The notes beneath the pieces are model-generated. The model saw nothing but the letters and a program-made list of their open reading frames with translations. It made no database searches and had not been told where the DNA came from. A stretch of DNA of 63,832 bases, the filler included, from Phoronis australis (lineage: Eukaryota; Animalia; Phoronida): the NCBI GenBank assembly GCA_002633005.1. It is 11 parts of 11 records of this genome, joined end to end, with 100 filler letters (N's around TTAATTAATTAA, not from the genome) between each part and the next. Parts side by side here need not be neighbours in the genome. Positions count along the whole stretch, not along the records: positions 36,081 to 39,964 come from NMRA01002792.1; positions 40,065 to 43,797 come from NMRA01002865.1; positions 43,898 to 47,229 come from NMRA01003085.1; positions 47,330 to 51,450 come from NMRA01002693.1; 7 more parts are not named here. One strand, given 5' to 3'. Numbering within the stretch: position 1 is the stretch's first letter; each line of letters begins with the position of its first letter. Of the stretch, positions 39,044 to 51,102 are shown in pieces. A program made the position numbers and the translations under genes.

Positions 39044-39893
39044 AAATGGAATGCCAGTGTAAAGCAGATATCTCAGAGTCGAAAACAGACTCCCGTACCT
39101 TCAAAAGAGCTAACCAGCTCGAAAGCACGAACCCCAACCTTCAAGACAAGAACCCCGGGAATCGGACAGGAAACCCGGACAATTTTTCAAATTTTCTGAG
39201 ACGATGTTAGTAGTCTCAGACTTTGAATTAAAGCATCTTCAAGTACTCTGGATTTGGTTTTTAAAAATTGTCAATAATAAAACATAACTGATATTTGTTA
39301 TTAGGCTTTTATCAGTAAAACTCGTGCAACTTGTCTGTGGGCGAATTTCAACATAATTTATACTCTCAACACGTTGTTATCTCGGTGAATATTTAGTTAA
39401 TTTCAGAGTATTCTATAGTTTCTCCAAAAATATTTTAAAAATTCGACTTCCGAGTGCCATTGTTGATTAATTCCTTTCTTTACAATTGGCCGCATTTTGT
39501 CGATTTACTTGAGAGTAAATTATCTCCGGCACAATCAATCTCCGGATTTTGAAATGGACCGCGAGAACTATTCACTCAAAAGACATGCATCGTCACCAAT
39601 TTCACCGTTCTTAACCTTAAAAAGTGTACTTCAACTCCCGATCGTTCATTAACACGGGATTAATTTGGAATCAGAATTGCTGAACTCAACGCATCCACAC
39701 TATTTTCTTGAGATAAACAATGTTTGACAAAGAAATGCGGGAGTGGTGTTTCAGTCACCGGATGTCCTGTCCGATCCCCAGGGTTCCTGTTTTAAATGTC
39801 AGGGTTCGTGTTTTTCGGGCTGGTTAGCCGTTTTGAAGGTGCGGGAGCTTGCTTTCGACTCAGGGATATCCGTTTTACACCGGGGCTCCATTT
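39044..39893. mobile_element. Non-autonomous element with ~140-bp imperfect TIRs
   Basis: 39044-39180 is the diverged reverse complement of ~39757-39893, e.g. CCTTCAAAAGAGCTAACCAGCTCGAAAGCACGAACCC versus GGGTTCGTGTTTTTCGGGCTGGTTAGCCGTTTTGAAGG. Confidence 0.7.
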
Positions 39894-40336
39894 TTGAATG
39901 ATCACCTTGAATATGTGACAGAAATAGTATACTCATATTTTCTGCCAAAACATCCCAATTTCGGNNNNNNNNNNNNNNNNNNNNNNNNNNNNNNNNNNNN
40001 NNNNNNNNTTAATTAATTAANNNNNNNNNNNNNNNNNNNNNNNNNNNNNNNNNNNNNNNNNNNNAACACTAACAATAAGAATAAAAACAACAACAATAAT
40101 AATAACAACAATAACGATAAAAATAACAATAACTGTAATATATAGTAATAGTAATAATAATAAGCAAAAAGAAGATTCGTTAGGTAATTTTAGCCTTTGT
40201 GTGACTGACAGTTGCCGAACAACAATCAAAATTGTATTAATGAGAAACAAGAACTCTAACCAGTATGGAAATTGCACAGACGCTCATCAATGTCACTTTT
40301 GGGTAAATGCCTAAGTTTACTACTAATTAAACAATT

Positions 40337-40631
40337 TATCCATTCATTCATTCACTCATTCATTCATTCATCCATTCATCCATTCATTCATTCATTCATT
40401 CATTCATCCATTCATTCACTCATTCATTCATCCATTCATTCATTCATTCATTCATTCATTCACTCATTCATTCATTCATTCATTCATTCACTCATTCATT
40501 CATTCATTCATTCATTCATTCATTCATTCATTCACTCATTCATTCATTCACTCATTCATTCATTCACTCATTCATTCATTCATTCATTCATTCACTCATT
40601 CATTCATTCATTTATTCAATGATTCATTCAT
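40337..40631 (+). repeat. (CATT)n microsatellite
   Basis: Read directly; it explains the spurious IHSF ORF. Confidence 0.97.
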
Positions 40632-40635
40632 AAAC

Positions 40636-40777
40636 CATGGGCGGGGCACCACAGGGGGATAGGGCTCTCGACCCCCACTTTTTTAGTGCCGCGCCGCACA
40701 TCGTCTTAGTAGGCGACGCAACACAGGGGGGCAGAGGGGCTTTAGGCCCCACTTTTTTCAGTGCTGCGCCGCCCATG
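40636..40777 (-). mobile_element. MITE family A, reverse-oriented copy
   Basis: CATGGGCGG..CCGCCCATG. Flanks TAAAC and (T)TAAAC. Confidence 0.8.
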
Positions 40778-43700
40778 TTAAACCTGCATTACTGGGACCC
40801 GTTCCAAGAACCTTGAGACTGGCTTAGCTAAAATGCGGGGATGGAAATTAGGCATGTATCTCGCCTACCGTGCAGCAGGTAACCAACTGATCACAATTTG
40901 AGTGTGTCAACTGACGGCGCTAGACTCAGTGTGACACTGCGTTCTTCGATAGCCGATCAGCCGAAATACACTCCTCTGAACGCAGTCCAATCGATTTTCT
41001 TTTGTAGATGTAAAATTACATACTACAGGATAGGTCATATAGTGTAGCTATACGACGGTTACCGTAGTCAATAAAATTGATCACGCTGAGAATTGATTCA
41101 TTTTAAAACTGTAAGAAAGGCTGTTAATTCGTGTTATGAGCTTGATGACAGAGAGAGAATCAACTCCTCCACTATATGATGCTGACCAGGTTTGTATCTC
41201 GTTTCAAACAATTAAGCGAATAATGGCACTAAGAAAATTCACTCAATAATTGACATTGAAAAACAACAAATCATTTAACCGATGTGTATTCAGAAGCTTG
41301 TAGGGAGTGACAAGCAATGAGTCTATCACGCCAGCTCGGATGAGTGCATCGCTAGTCGCGATCAGCCAAAGGATCAGGGATCTAATCTTTGTACACGTAA
41401 TTCATTCGTCCTACTCGTGCCATGCAACTCAAGACTAGGTATATCCACAGTTCTGTGCTCGATTACCCCGTGGTTTGCGCATGCGACTTCTCCACCAAGT
41501 TTGCCCTTGATGACTATTGGTTTCGAACTAAAATTTCGTGTGGCATTTGGAGTTCAGGCTCGAACCCCTTATAGTTTTAATACTAGGGTCACCAACTGAG
41601 CGATAGGATTAGTCATTCATCAACACCAAGTTATCGAGCGAAGAATAGACACGTGCATTGAGTTCCGTGGCACAACGGCGAGTAAAATGGTTTCGAATTC
41701 GATTCAACTACATAGTAAAGAAGCCGGACTCTCGGGTGTCAAACTTGCGGATGACACGTGGTGACCACAGGCTGCTGTACTAGGTTTTGGAAGGTGGTGT
41801 TACTTGGCCACTGGTAATGTTAGCCCAAATTTTAAAGAGATTCCAGGGGCTTATTTAATTTTGTGGACATTTTTTGTATTAAAGTCTTTAAAGTGCATCA
41901 GTAAAATAATCAACACCGCAATAACACAAAACAATGAATCTGTTTAACTTGGTGGGGAATATTTTAAACCCTACAATGACCTTAGTTCGAATGTCGATTG
42001 AAATTTAATGTACAGTTCTTCATGTTTAATAATCAACCAAATCAACAAAACGACACAGCCCATGATTCCTTTGAAAAGAGAATCTATTCCCTAGCCCGCA
42101 ACCTTCATTGAAAACCAAAGATTTGCCCATCAATATTACTTGAAGGGCTGGAGAGTCACAGCATATATTGCAATATATTTTTGTATTGGTTTTCAAATTT
42201 GAAGGATAACATGATCGGTGCAAATCTTTAATTTGAAGACGTCTCCAAAAGCTGAACTATGTACAAATTTCTCGGTGACACACCGTTTCATCAAAAAGTG
42301 GATGCCCTGGCTTACTGCGCCCCCACTCGGAGCTGCGGCCACGACTGGGGAAACTATAAATGAGGGTGGTGTGCCAAATCAATAGCAGATTTAGGATGTT
42401 ACGAAGAGGGCAAGGTTGATCACAATCTCCAAAGAACAAAGTGTTCCCGAAAGTCCTCATGACAGCTTGTTCCCGTTCAGTGACTTTACCAGACGAAGGG
42501 GGTTCTGAGCGTGTGATAACATTTTAACTGCCAAGCAAAGTCTTATGACAACAGGCAGGCCAATTATCACCAAGGCTAATTACAGACCATGTGTGAACAC
42601 CGTCAAACGCCAGAGCGAATTGCTACATTCAGAAAGAATAGATTATCGTAACTTCGGTCGCAGTTGGGCGATTTTTGGCGATTCAAAAACTAAACATGAT
42701 CACTATTAGACGAGAATTTCAGACATGAAATGTTATTGGTTCCTGTTCAAATATGTTATAATTTAACTTTTATTTTTAACAGCACAGCCCAGTCGGCTAG
42801 ATAGGCCCTACGATCTGTTTGAAGATTAGAGCAATTATCGAACAAAAGAGAGCTGGCCCTCCAACCATGAATGCCAGAATGGAGTTAACCAGTCGTGTAA
42901 GATATTGGCTACAGGATAAAATTCCCAACTTGTTGTTGAGCTATAGAATCGAACAAGATGGGAGCAACGGGAAAACTGTAATGTACAGGCGATGTGCCTT
43001 GGGGGTGTGGCTCTCAGTACCCAAAAAGGGCGGGACAAGCACGCTGCCTTCCAACATCAGTCTACCAAAGTCAGCAGGTGTTATTCACGCGCTAGTGTCG
43101 ACGGTACTTTAATTGGGGCTGCACAGTTTTGGGGCTGCACAGTCTTCAATCACGAATGTAAGGGTTACATATCATGTCACGTGCGGCGCCTCTGAACAAA
43201 AGCCGGCAACCGGAAGTTGAATTGCGGGATCTTCTTCTGATTATTTCCTACGGCAAAATGTAAGTCTGAAAAGTCAAAGCAGGCATAAAACCAAGTTGCG
43301 AGTTTGGCTGCGCTCACCCGCTCTTTAGAGCATCACAACTCTGATACAGTGCACATGCTTCTCGCGTCCGTTTCAATGGGTGTTAGGCAACGTACTCCAG
43401 TAGCCTATAGAGTTCTGACTTAAAACGAATGCAGAGACGTGTCTAATTAGAGTTGAAAACCAAATACAAGCGCAAGCGGGTTGTCTTTTCCCGAAATTAC
43501 TCTAGGTACATGGTAAGGTTAATTTTCCAGAACAATCTACGCTGGAGTCGTATCTTGATGTCCACTAACGTCTGGCTTCAGTTTGTTCCCGAGCAGCGAC
43601 TTCTGTCGTGATAATCATTTTACCCGAAACGTTTCACTGTCATGCCAGTTTTGGGTCTCGATCAGTGTTTTTTATTTTTCTCTAGGTAAAAGTTTAACAG

Positions 43701-44956
43701 AGCGTATCTACCGTTGAAAAGTATTTGAAGAGTCAACTTCGGAACTCATACGAACACTGGTTCTTTATCATAGCTCTTCAAGGAAGGGGGGGGGGGGNNN
43801 NNNNNNNNNNNNNNNNNNNNNNNNNNNNNNNNNNNNNNNNNTTAATTAATTAANNNNNNNNNNNNNNNNNNNNNNNNNNNNNNNNNNNNNNNNNNNNCTT
43901 GGACGGTGATCAAGCACAACCACCTGACTTCCTCAGAGACTCACTTTGAATGTCTCGAAGGATTCAAATGACACCTGGAGTATATTTTTCGTATCCATTT
44001 GTTGTTTTGTTCAAAATAGGGGATTTGTTCGACCACTGTGTTTGAGCACTGGCCAACCCGTTTTAGGTCCAGCCAACCAGTTTTTTGGGTGCGGTTATCT
44101 GGTTTTGAGGTTACAAGCCAATGGCATTGGTGACACCCATTGCTAGCTGTTAAATGTTAGGTCACCAAAAAATCTCTCTGTGAGAAGCAATGCAAGAATG
44201 CTTGACACAGTTTAAATTTGAACGGTTAGTCTACGATAAGCATTCTCTAGTTTTCACTGAAAATGTACAAAATTCAGATTTTAAAAAACAAAATGAGGTG
44301 ACAAGATATCAAAATAGAGCACACACAATACGGTAAAATCTCACAAATTTCAAACAACAATATTTGTCAAAATTCCTTTTTTTCTGATTTTTAAAGTCTC
44401 CAAACATTGTTGATAATGCCCAAATATTTCCAAAGTATTTTGTGATCATAGCTATGGCCTAGAACTTGGACATGCTAAAGCTAAATATCTTTTTAGGAAA
44501 AAATGAGAATACAAAAATTTCACATGTCCACCATATTGCGTCCTGAATAGTTGAGACTTTACCAGACAGGTTTTGTTCGTCTCTCAAAAGAATAAAACCC
44601 AGCAAACAAACTAAGTTGAATCACCTAAAAAAGCACATCAACTATTTCCCAGGCAAGTCGGTATCAACTAATACTGTAGACAATAATAAAATCATTCTAG
44701 CCCAAATGTGACAAGAATGAAACATTAAGAAATGATATACAGCATTTTGATTACATTGATCTTGCTGGTAAAAAAGTATTTTAAATATTTTATGACCTGA
44801 CTGGTAACAAAGGTAAAAGGCCAATATGAAGCTGGCCTGCTTCAGACCCAGAGCTGTAAAGGACACGGTGTACACGTGTTAGCTTGATTTGAAGGTGGCT
44901 AAACAACGCAGTCGCGCAACATACCATACAAGTACTAATACCGTGTGCAAACTTGG

Positions 44957-45951
44957 ATGATGCAGAATGCAACACTATTGGACGGAATATCATACGAAAC
45001 AACACCTCAAGATATACCACTGATGAAATCGCTTCAAGAAATGAGCCTTCATGATGCAGCACTGTGGACCGGATTAAAACTGATTTTCGTGCCTTGCATA
45101 TTGATCCTAAATGCATTCGTGCTTGTTGTCTACTGCAAATTTCCAAAAATTCGTGCTCAACCGCATAATGTATTCATAATTGCTTTGGCCATAACAGATT
45201 TTGCTACGGGTCTAATGACCATTCCAATGGGTATTTTTAACCATATCTCACCCAACTTTTACGACCCCAACACACCAATGCCTTGGTACTTCAGGAACAA
45301 AGCTCTCTGCATATTCAACTACTTCTCCGTCATGCAACCCTTACAGTGGTCTTCGACAACTCTCGTCATAATTGCCATGGATCGTTTCGTAGCGACATTT
45401 TTCCCTCTTAAATACTACGTGGTAATGACACGAGCACGCAGTGTATATGCCGTTGTGATTGGGTGGATTGTATCATCTATTCCTATATACACCACCTTGG
45501 CTATAGTCGACCAGGAAACCTACAACCCACGCAAGTTGTGCAAGCCTATAGATCACATTCCTCCAGCTCTTGAGAAGGCCATGTTCTACATGTGGAGTGC
45601 CATCCCTGTAGCCATCAGTGTCGCCATCTATGTAACTATTGGGGTAAAATTACACCGCCAAACAAACCAAGTAGAAAATCAGAGACAGCAGACAGTGACG
45701 ATGGCAGTGGTCATTGCAGCATTCATTGTCTGCCTCCTTCCTGTGTCTGTGATATTACAGCGCCCCACCACTCTGTCTAGAGCAGAGTTCCTAATTGCNC
45801 ATACCTCAACAGCTGCATCAATCCAATAATCTATAACATGTTCAACCCGACCTTTCGCAAGTGTTCTAGGCAACTCTTGTGTTGTTGGGGGAACCAGATG
45901 AGCAACAACTGGGAACAACACACAGAGATGGTCGACGACTACAAACTATGA
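44957..45951 (+). CDS. Intronless rhodopsin-like (class A) orphan GPCR; apparent frameshift at the single-N gap 45799
   Basis: N-terminal NAT sequon, TM2 ALAITD, TM3 IAMDRF, TM4 W, TM6 FIVCLLP. After the N, another frame gives AYLNSCINPIIY..NPTFRK..LLCC, ending at TGA 45949-45951. Confidence 0.9.
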
Positions 45952-46092
45952 AGTGATACACCAAGAGGTGGTCGATGACAATAAAGTATGAAGTAATACA
46001 CCAAGAGATGGTTGACGACAATTAACTATGAAGTGATACACCAAGAGATGGTTGATGACAATTAACTATGAAGTAATACACCAAGAGATGGC
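45920..46092 (+). repeat. 40-bp minisatellite, about 4 copies, overlapping the GPCR stop codon
   Basis: Unit ACACCAAGAGATGGTTGATGACAATTAACTATGAAGTAAT. Confidence 0.9.
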
Positions 46093-46220
46093 GCAACATA
46101 CAAGAACAAGAAGAAACCCATCAAGAATATTCTGAAGGAGATTATGGTTATTTCAAGAGAGAAAAACATGCTTTTTGTGTATAAGCATTTCCATTATTTT
46201 AGACATGATTAATATATTAA

Positions 46221-47229
46221 AGGCGAAGACAACCTTTTTCCATGTCATTTTGAGCTAAAATAAGGTTGGTTGGTTATCCTAGACATATTTTCCACTTAAT
46301 TACAGCTTTTCGTAATTTTATTAATTACTCGTCCGCTACTGCGGAAGTGCCGTTTTAGGAGGCAAGCATTTCGCGCCAATTTCTTTTCATATAGTCTGAC
46401 TGTGAGAGCTGCCGAGTCAGTCATTGTTCTACCTCAGTTATGTTAAGTTCCGTCGTCGTTTGCTTTCATTTACTAGTCAGTCAACATGCCACACTGTTGC
46501 TGCGTACCGGAATGTACTAATTATCGGGTCACGCGCGCTTTGGGAGTGCCTTTGCATCGCTTTCCGATGATGAAACACTTCGCCGTACTTGGCTCGTTCG
46601 TGTGAAGAACGCAGCATTACCCGTCCATGCAACGTACAAAGCAATGGGGAATTACAGTGTGTGTGGAAAGCACTTTCTGCCGTCCGATTACGAAAGGAAT
46701 TTGTACTGAACTGATGAAGGTCCCTGCGAAACAACGCCTGAAGAAGGATGCCATTCCGTCTATGTTGATTCCCGGCAGTGCCCCGTCGCTACCCCCGAGA
46801 AGTGCGTTTTTGAAGCGAGAAGCCTCGCGAGCTGTGGCCAGTACAGTGACTGGAGCCAGTGGAGGCACTTCATCTACTGCCACCCGTGCCTCCGAACGTA
46901 CCCCAGAGCGTGCAATTCCTGGAACCAGTAGTGATTCGCCTTGTGCTGTTTTCTCCAGCCCAGAGCCTCTAAGCAGCCCTGCAGCGATATTGAGTAGTGG
47001 GAGTGATTACAGGCCCAGTTCGACACCCAGTGAAGAGGACAGTTCGTCGTTCAGTAAACAGATCGGTGAGCCAAACTTTGACAAGTTTATTGTGGACTTG
47101 TCTATTTAGAAGGTGCCACTTGTGTGGCAAGGGAGTCACACGACACGATGTAAGCAGTTTGGGTGCTCAGGTCACTATCCAGTGGGAGTGTGTCGCGGGA
47201 CACTCTGGCAAGTGGGACAGTTGTTCCTC
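46221..47229 (+). mobile_element. 5' part of a Kolobok-like DNA transposon (frameshifted THAP plus C2CH-type zinc-finger transposase relic)
   Basis: TTAA|AGGCGAAGAC at 46217-46230. From the ATG at ~46486: MPHCCCVPEC..LHRFP / LRRTWL..VCGKHF / RLKKDAIPS, then a Ser-rich linker, then KFIV..LFRRCHLC..LGAQVTIQWECVAGH..KW. Confidence 0.75.
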
Positions 47230-47653
47230 NNNNNNNNNNNNNNNNNNNNNNNNNNNNNNNNNNNNNNNNNNNNTTAATTAATTAANNNNNNNNNNNNNNN
47301 NNNNNNNNNNNNNNNNNNNNNNNNNNNNNGTTCACTTTGCTCAGTTCCTATCGCTTGAGCGCATCAGTGCCGAACCTCGCAGTAAGCCCGGCACGCGTAA
47401 TGACTTATGGTCTAGCCAGAGTGGTCACTTGCAAGACCCGAAAAGTCATGACTGTGACGAATTACTCAGTTATACATGTATATATTTGAAAGTTCAATAC
47501 CAAAGCGAATTTTCTGATACATTACCTGTATGTTATACCCATAATACACAGTAAAAACGCACGTGGTGTACTTTTTCATTCGAAATAGAGCACAATTTCA
47601 TATCAATTAATGATAATTTCATAATTTTTTGAAATTCATGGTACGAGCTTTAC

Positions 47654-47848
47654 CTCTGGGCCAGTTCGCCGGCAGACACGGTGACTTTCCGAAAATTAAC
47701 GGTGGGTGTTCTTAGTATGGACCAATGTCCTGGCCTTGTATAGATGACCTTGTGTCTCCAGCGGAGATCTACGGTTCGTAGAGATCCAATGTCTTTGTGC
47801 CACAGGACGGAGAAACTGTAGGTTTTGCCAGGTTCAATGAAAATGTCA
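47654..47848 (-). CDS. Pancreatic lipase-family gene, PLAT-domain exon
   Basis: tttcag|..AG|gtaaag. Encodes DIFIEPGKTYSFSVLWHKDIGSLRTVDLRW..FRKVTVSAGE. Phase 2 in, consistent with the previous exon. Confidence 0.85.
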
Positions 47849-48369
47849 CTGAAACCACAAGAAGGATTTCAAAACAAGCCTATTATGTGAGACAAGTCAA
47901 ATTTGACTCAAGAAAACGCAAGGCTGAAAGACATTTGATTTCTGGAACCACACCAAAACGGAATATTTCTCTGCCATAAAATTAACGTTCACTATCCGGG
48001 ACTTATAATTTTGCATCCTGTCTACACGTTATAGTTATCACAGACGATTTTTGCATACCGCTGTGGCATACGCTAGCATTCGCGAGATTAAAAATCACAC
48101 AAGATGTCGCTATATGTGGTGCATTCATTGGAGTCGTTGTGGATGTCCTTATGGTTGTTTTTTGTAGTATACGGTTGAAGAATTACCGTCTAGACAGGGC
48201 TTTTCTCAAACTACAATGTACTTGTACACTGCTTTCGGAACTTACAACACATTCTGTAAATTCTGATTTAAACGAAGTAATAACAAAGCCAAAGCGCCTA
48301 TTTTTTACTTTTGCCAGTTTGTAAATGTTTCAAAATCTCGTATATCGCGAGAACTTGACTAGCTCTTAC

Positions 48370-48487
48370 TCAGGAGTTAACAAGAGTTCATCTGTAGCGT
48401 CATCGCTTCCATACATGACCACGTATATTTTACCATACTCTTTTCTTCCATCATTGCCGACTGAAACTTTCATTTGGAAATGGTAAC
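48370..48487 (-). CDS. Pancreatic lipase-family gene, first PLAT exon
   Basis: ttttcgaag|..GA|gtaag. Encodes RYHFQMKVSVGNDGRKEYGKIYVVMYGSDDATDELLLTP. Phase 1 in, phase 2 out. Confidence 0.85.
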
Positions 48488-49666
48488 CTTCGAAAAACAA
48501 AAAGGCACATAAACATAGCTGACTTGACAATTTTAGCATAGAGCAGCAATTATTCTTGACGAGTTAGAGAATCCGTTCATAAGAGTTGCAACTTGCGTAT
48601 GAACACGGCTTGCAGTCAATACCCTATTGATCATTCCCAAACTGCATTGCCCCTAAGGAAACACAATGTATACGCGCATACGTAGTGATTACCATCAAAG
48701 GTCTGACGATATCCACAGAGATCAGTTATCAAAAACGTTCACAACAAGACTGTGTTGCATAAAACTTAAAAACGTATTCAATTGATAATTTTCACTTTTG
48801 CAGGTGACGTCAAGTACATTGTTAAACAACACCTGGATAATCAACAAACCGTGGAACATTCAATGTTTATTTTTCTACATTATGGTATAACGCTACAAAA
48901 GACTTGCGAAATTGAAGAACAAAGTCGTTCAGTTTTTATAAACTCGTAAAATATACGTGTAATAATAAAAGCATGACAATTTTAAGGCATCCAGTTGAGA
49001 AAACCCAGTTTAAATAAAACTTACTAGATTTAGCGACGTTGCGTCCGTATCTCACAGACTTCAGCTTGACTAGTAACGTTATTATTATTCTGGCTAATAG
49101 GTTCCTTTTTAGCCAGACGTCGCGGTATTGATGCGTAATGAATGCCAAACATTCAGGAAAATGTATTCTTTTTTATTGATATTGTTCCTGTCGAAAAAAC
49201 TCGTTTGCTTTTCTAAAGTTGTGAGTGGCTATTCAGTTGGAGCTTGGTGAGTCAAAATGGTCAATTTCATAGCACGACAAAAGATGATTAAATCAGTTTC
49301 GGTTTTTTAAGCCAAAATAACACTAAGGAACTCCGTTGCGACAATAGCATACCCACAGGAAATAAGAAGTGTTAACTTGCCTTATTCCACGAACCGATGT
49401 TTGGGACTGGTCGCAAATGAAATCTAAACATTCGACAACCCCCATTTTGTGTATTGTGGTTTCCAAAGGTAATATCAGTCATTTTGTCGGAGCGATCGTA
49501 ACACAGTTTCAACAAGCGGACAGTGCATATGTACACTGTATAACATTCTAAAAACATAAAAATTGAACTGACGAATTAACAACTGCTATTTCGTCACTTA
49601 ACATGAATGTTGCTACCTTCCCGTTGAACATTTTCGTCGAAATTCCGTACGGCGTTTGCTACTTAC

Positions 49667-49790
49667 GACAAAAGGGAAACTTGTCGCCCGTATCTAAGTA
49701 ATATTTTGTTGGTTGTTTTGGCACGTTCTTATCCGCATGGAATCCCATTTTTCCGCATCCGGTAGGGCCGCAATCACCGCATTTTCCTTT
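49667..49790 (-). CDS. Pancreatic lipase-family gene, exon at the end of the catalytic domain
   Basis: tttatttcag|..C|gtaagt. Encodes KGKCGDCGPTGCGKMGFHADK..KYYLDTGDKFPFC. Confidence 0.9.
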
Positions 49791-50415
49791 CTGAAATAAA
49801 ATTTGAAAGCATCACAACACCCGCATGGTCGTCTATGATTGTCAATGCATTTGTACGTGTGGTCTGTGATATATTGAGTAATCCTTGTTGCCAGTGTATG
49901 AACACCCACCTCGCTAGTATGGGGCCTGGGACTGAACACAGACTTAATAAAGGTTTGACGACAAAATGCTACTGTGATGAAAAAAATTGTCAGTTGGGAC
50001 GCTGGTGCGGTTGGAATTACATTCCTTATTCTATGGAGTAACCTATCATTTCATCTAACGATAATTTCCTTCCGCAACATCAGTTTTGGATGTGCCGTCG
50101 ACCTTTGTGTTTGTCATGCCATGTCAGCAGTTTGCAAAGGACGTGAGCATCTTTAACATCTAAGTCCAAATAAGATAAGTTGATGGTCAACCACTCAACC
50201 AGTGTAGACAGTAAGATCGCAAATCCTTAAAGCACGGTATAGAGGACACAGCATTCATTTTACCACCAAATTAACTGATTGACTTTAAGTCAACATGGCC
50301 ACAATGGGTACACAAAGATTCAACCTAACTGAACTACGAAAAGGGTTGTGTTAATCAATGGGAATTACTGCTTAACAATAGTTACAACCTTCAGTAGCTC
50401 GGCTTTAAGTGATAC

Positions 50416-50535
50416 CTGCCTCAAAATCTTCATAGCTGTCGCATGGATAAGCGGTGAATGGACATTTTGAGTTGATGCTTTCAGTGAAGTAGTCATAAAC
50501 GCGCAAGTGGTCGCATGCGACAAATTTCTTACCAC
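50416..50535 (-). CDS. Pancreatic lipase-family gene, catalytic His exon (3' boundary 50420 or 50416)
   Basis: ttttacag| then GGKKFVACDHLRVYDYFTESINSKCPFTAYPCDSYEDFE. Confidence 0.92.
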
Positions 50536-50985
50536 CTGTAAAAGTAACACATTTTCTGAATACCTGAACGATCTGTCAAGAACATTTTAATGAGGCTAAG
50601 CGTATTTCCAACGAAACTCTACTTCAACATGTCATGAACACTGAGTTTTACAGATCATGCCTCCAGTGCTCTTTTGTTCCTCCGAACTGTTTATCCTTTG
50701 TGATTTTAAACCCAATGAAATAACTGGATGCCAATTACATTCATCATCATTGAGGTGAAACTGAATAACTTTGCAATTTTTTTCTGCGAGTTACATATCA
50801 TTTCCTAACAATTCGTTAACTCCTTTACCATCTGACAGGAAAACATCTTCCACGTTACGTAAAAACCACGATTTCCAAAATTATGGTTTATTGTATTAAT
50901 CATGTGGTTGCAAAAAGTTATTAGATACATCACAGAAAACGTGAGTTATTGTTGGGCATCTGACATGTCGATCAACTGAACTTAC

Positions 50986-51102
50986 CGTCGTAAATTCCCG
51001 ACACTACGACTGACGTCACAATGCTGCTGTCACACCCAGGCTGCATTTCTCCTCCATTTGGGTAAAAGTCTACGTGACCAATGGCGTCAGCCATTCCAAA
51101 GC
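50986..51102 (-). CDS. Pancreatic lipase-family gene, lid exon
   Basis: tttttaag|..G|gtaagt. Encodes GFGMADAIGHVDFYPNGGEMQPGCDSSIVTSVVVSGIYD, with the hallmark GHxDFYPNGG..QPGC. Confidence 0.93.

Noticed and set aside
40272-40622. IHSF-repeat ORF; likewise the SVRP/RTDG ORFs at 2737-3020
   Set aside because: These are translations of microsatellites.
42026-42223. YCNICCDSP..VILMGKSLVF resembling a KDZ transposase motif
   Set aside because: The expected Asp of the DG motif is absent, and there are no supporting upstream or downstream motifs.
45799-45829. GPCR as a truncated pseudogene lacking TM7
   Set aside because: The frame change coincides with a single-N gap, and an intact NPIIY plus helix 8 follows in another frame.
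47800-47960. Plus-strand GRRNCRFC..KTSLLCET..FDFW resembling a piggyBac C-terminal Cys-rich domain
   Set aside because: It is full of stops, and its best part is the antisense of the clean lipase PLAT exon 47654-47848.
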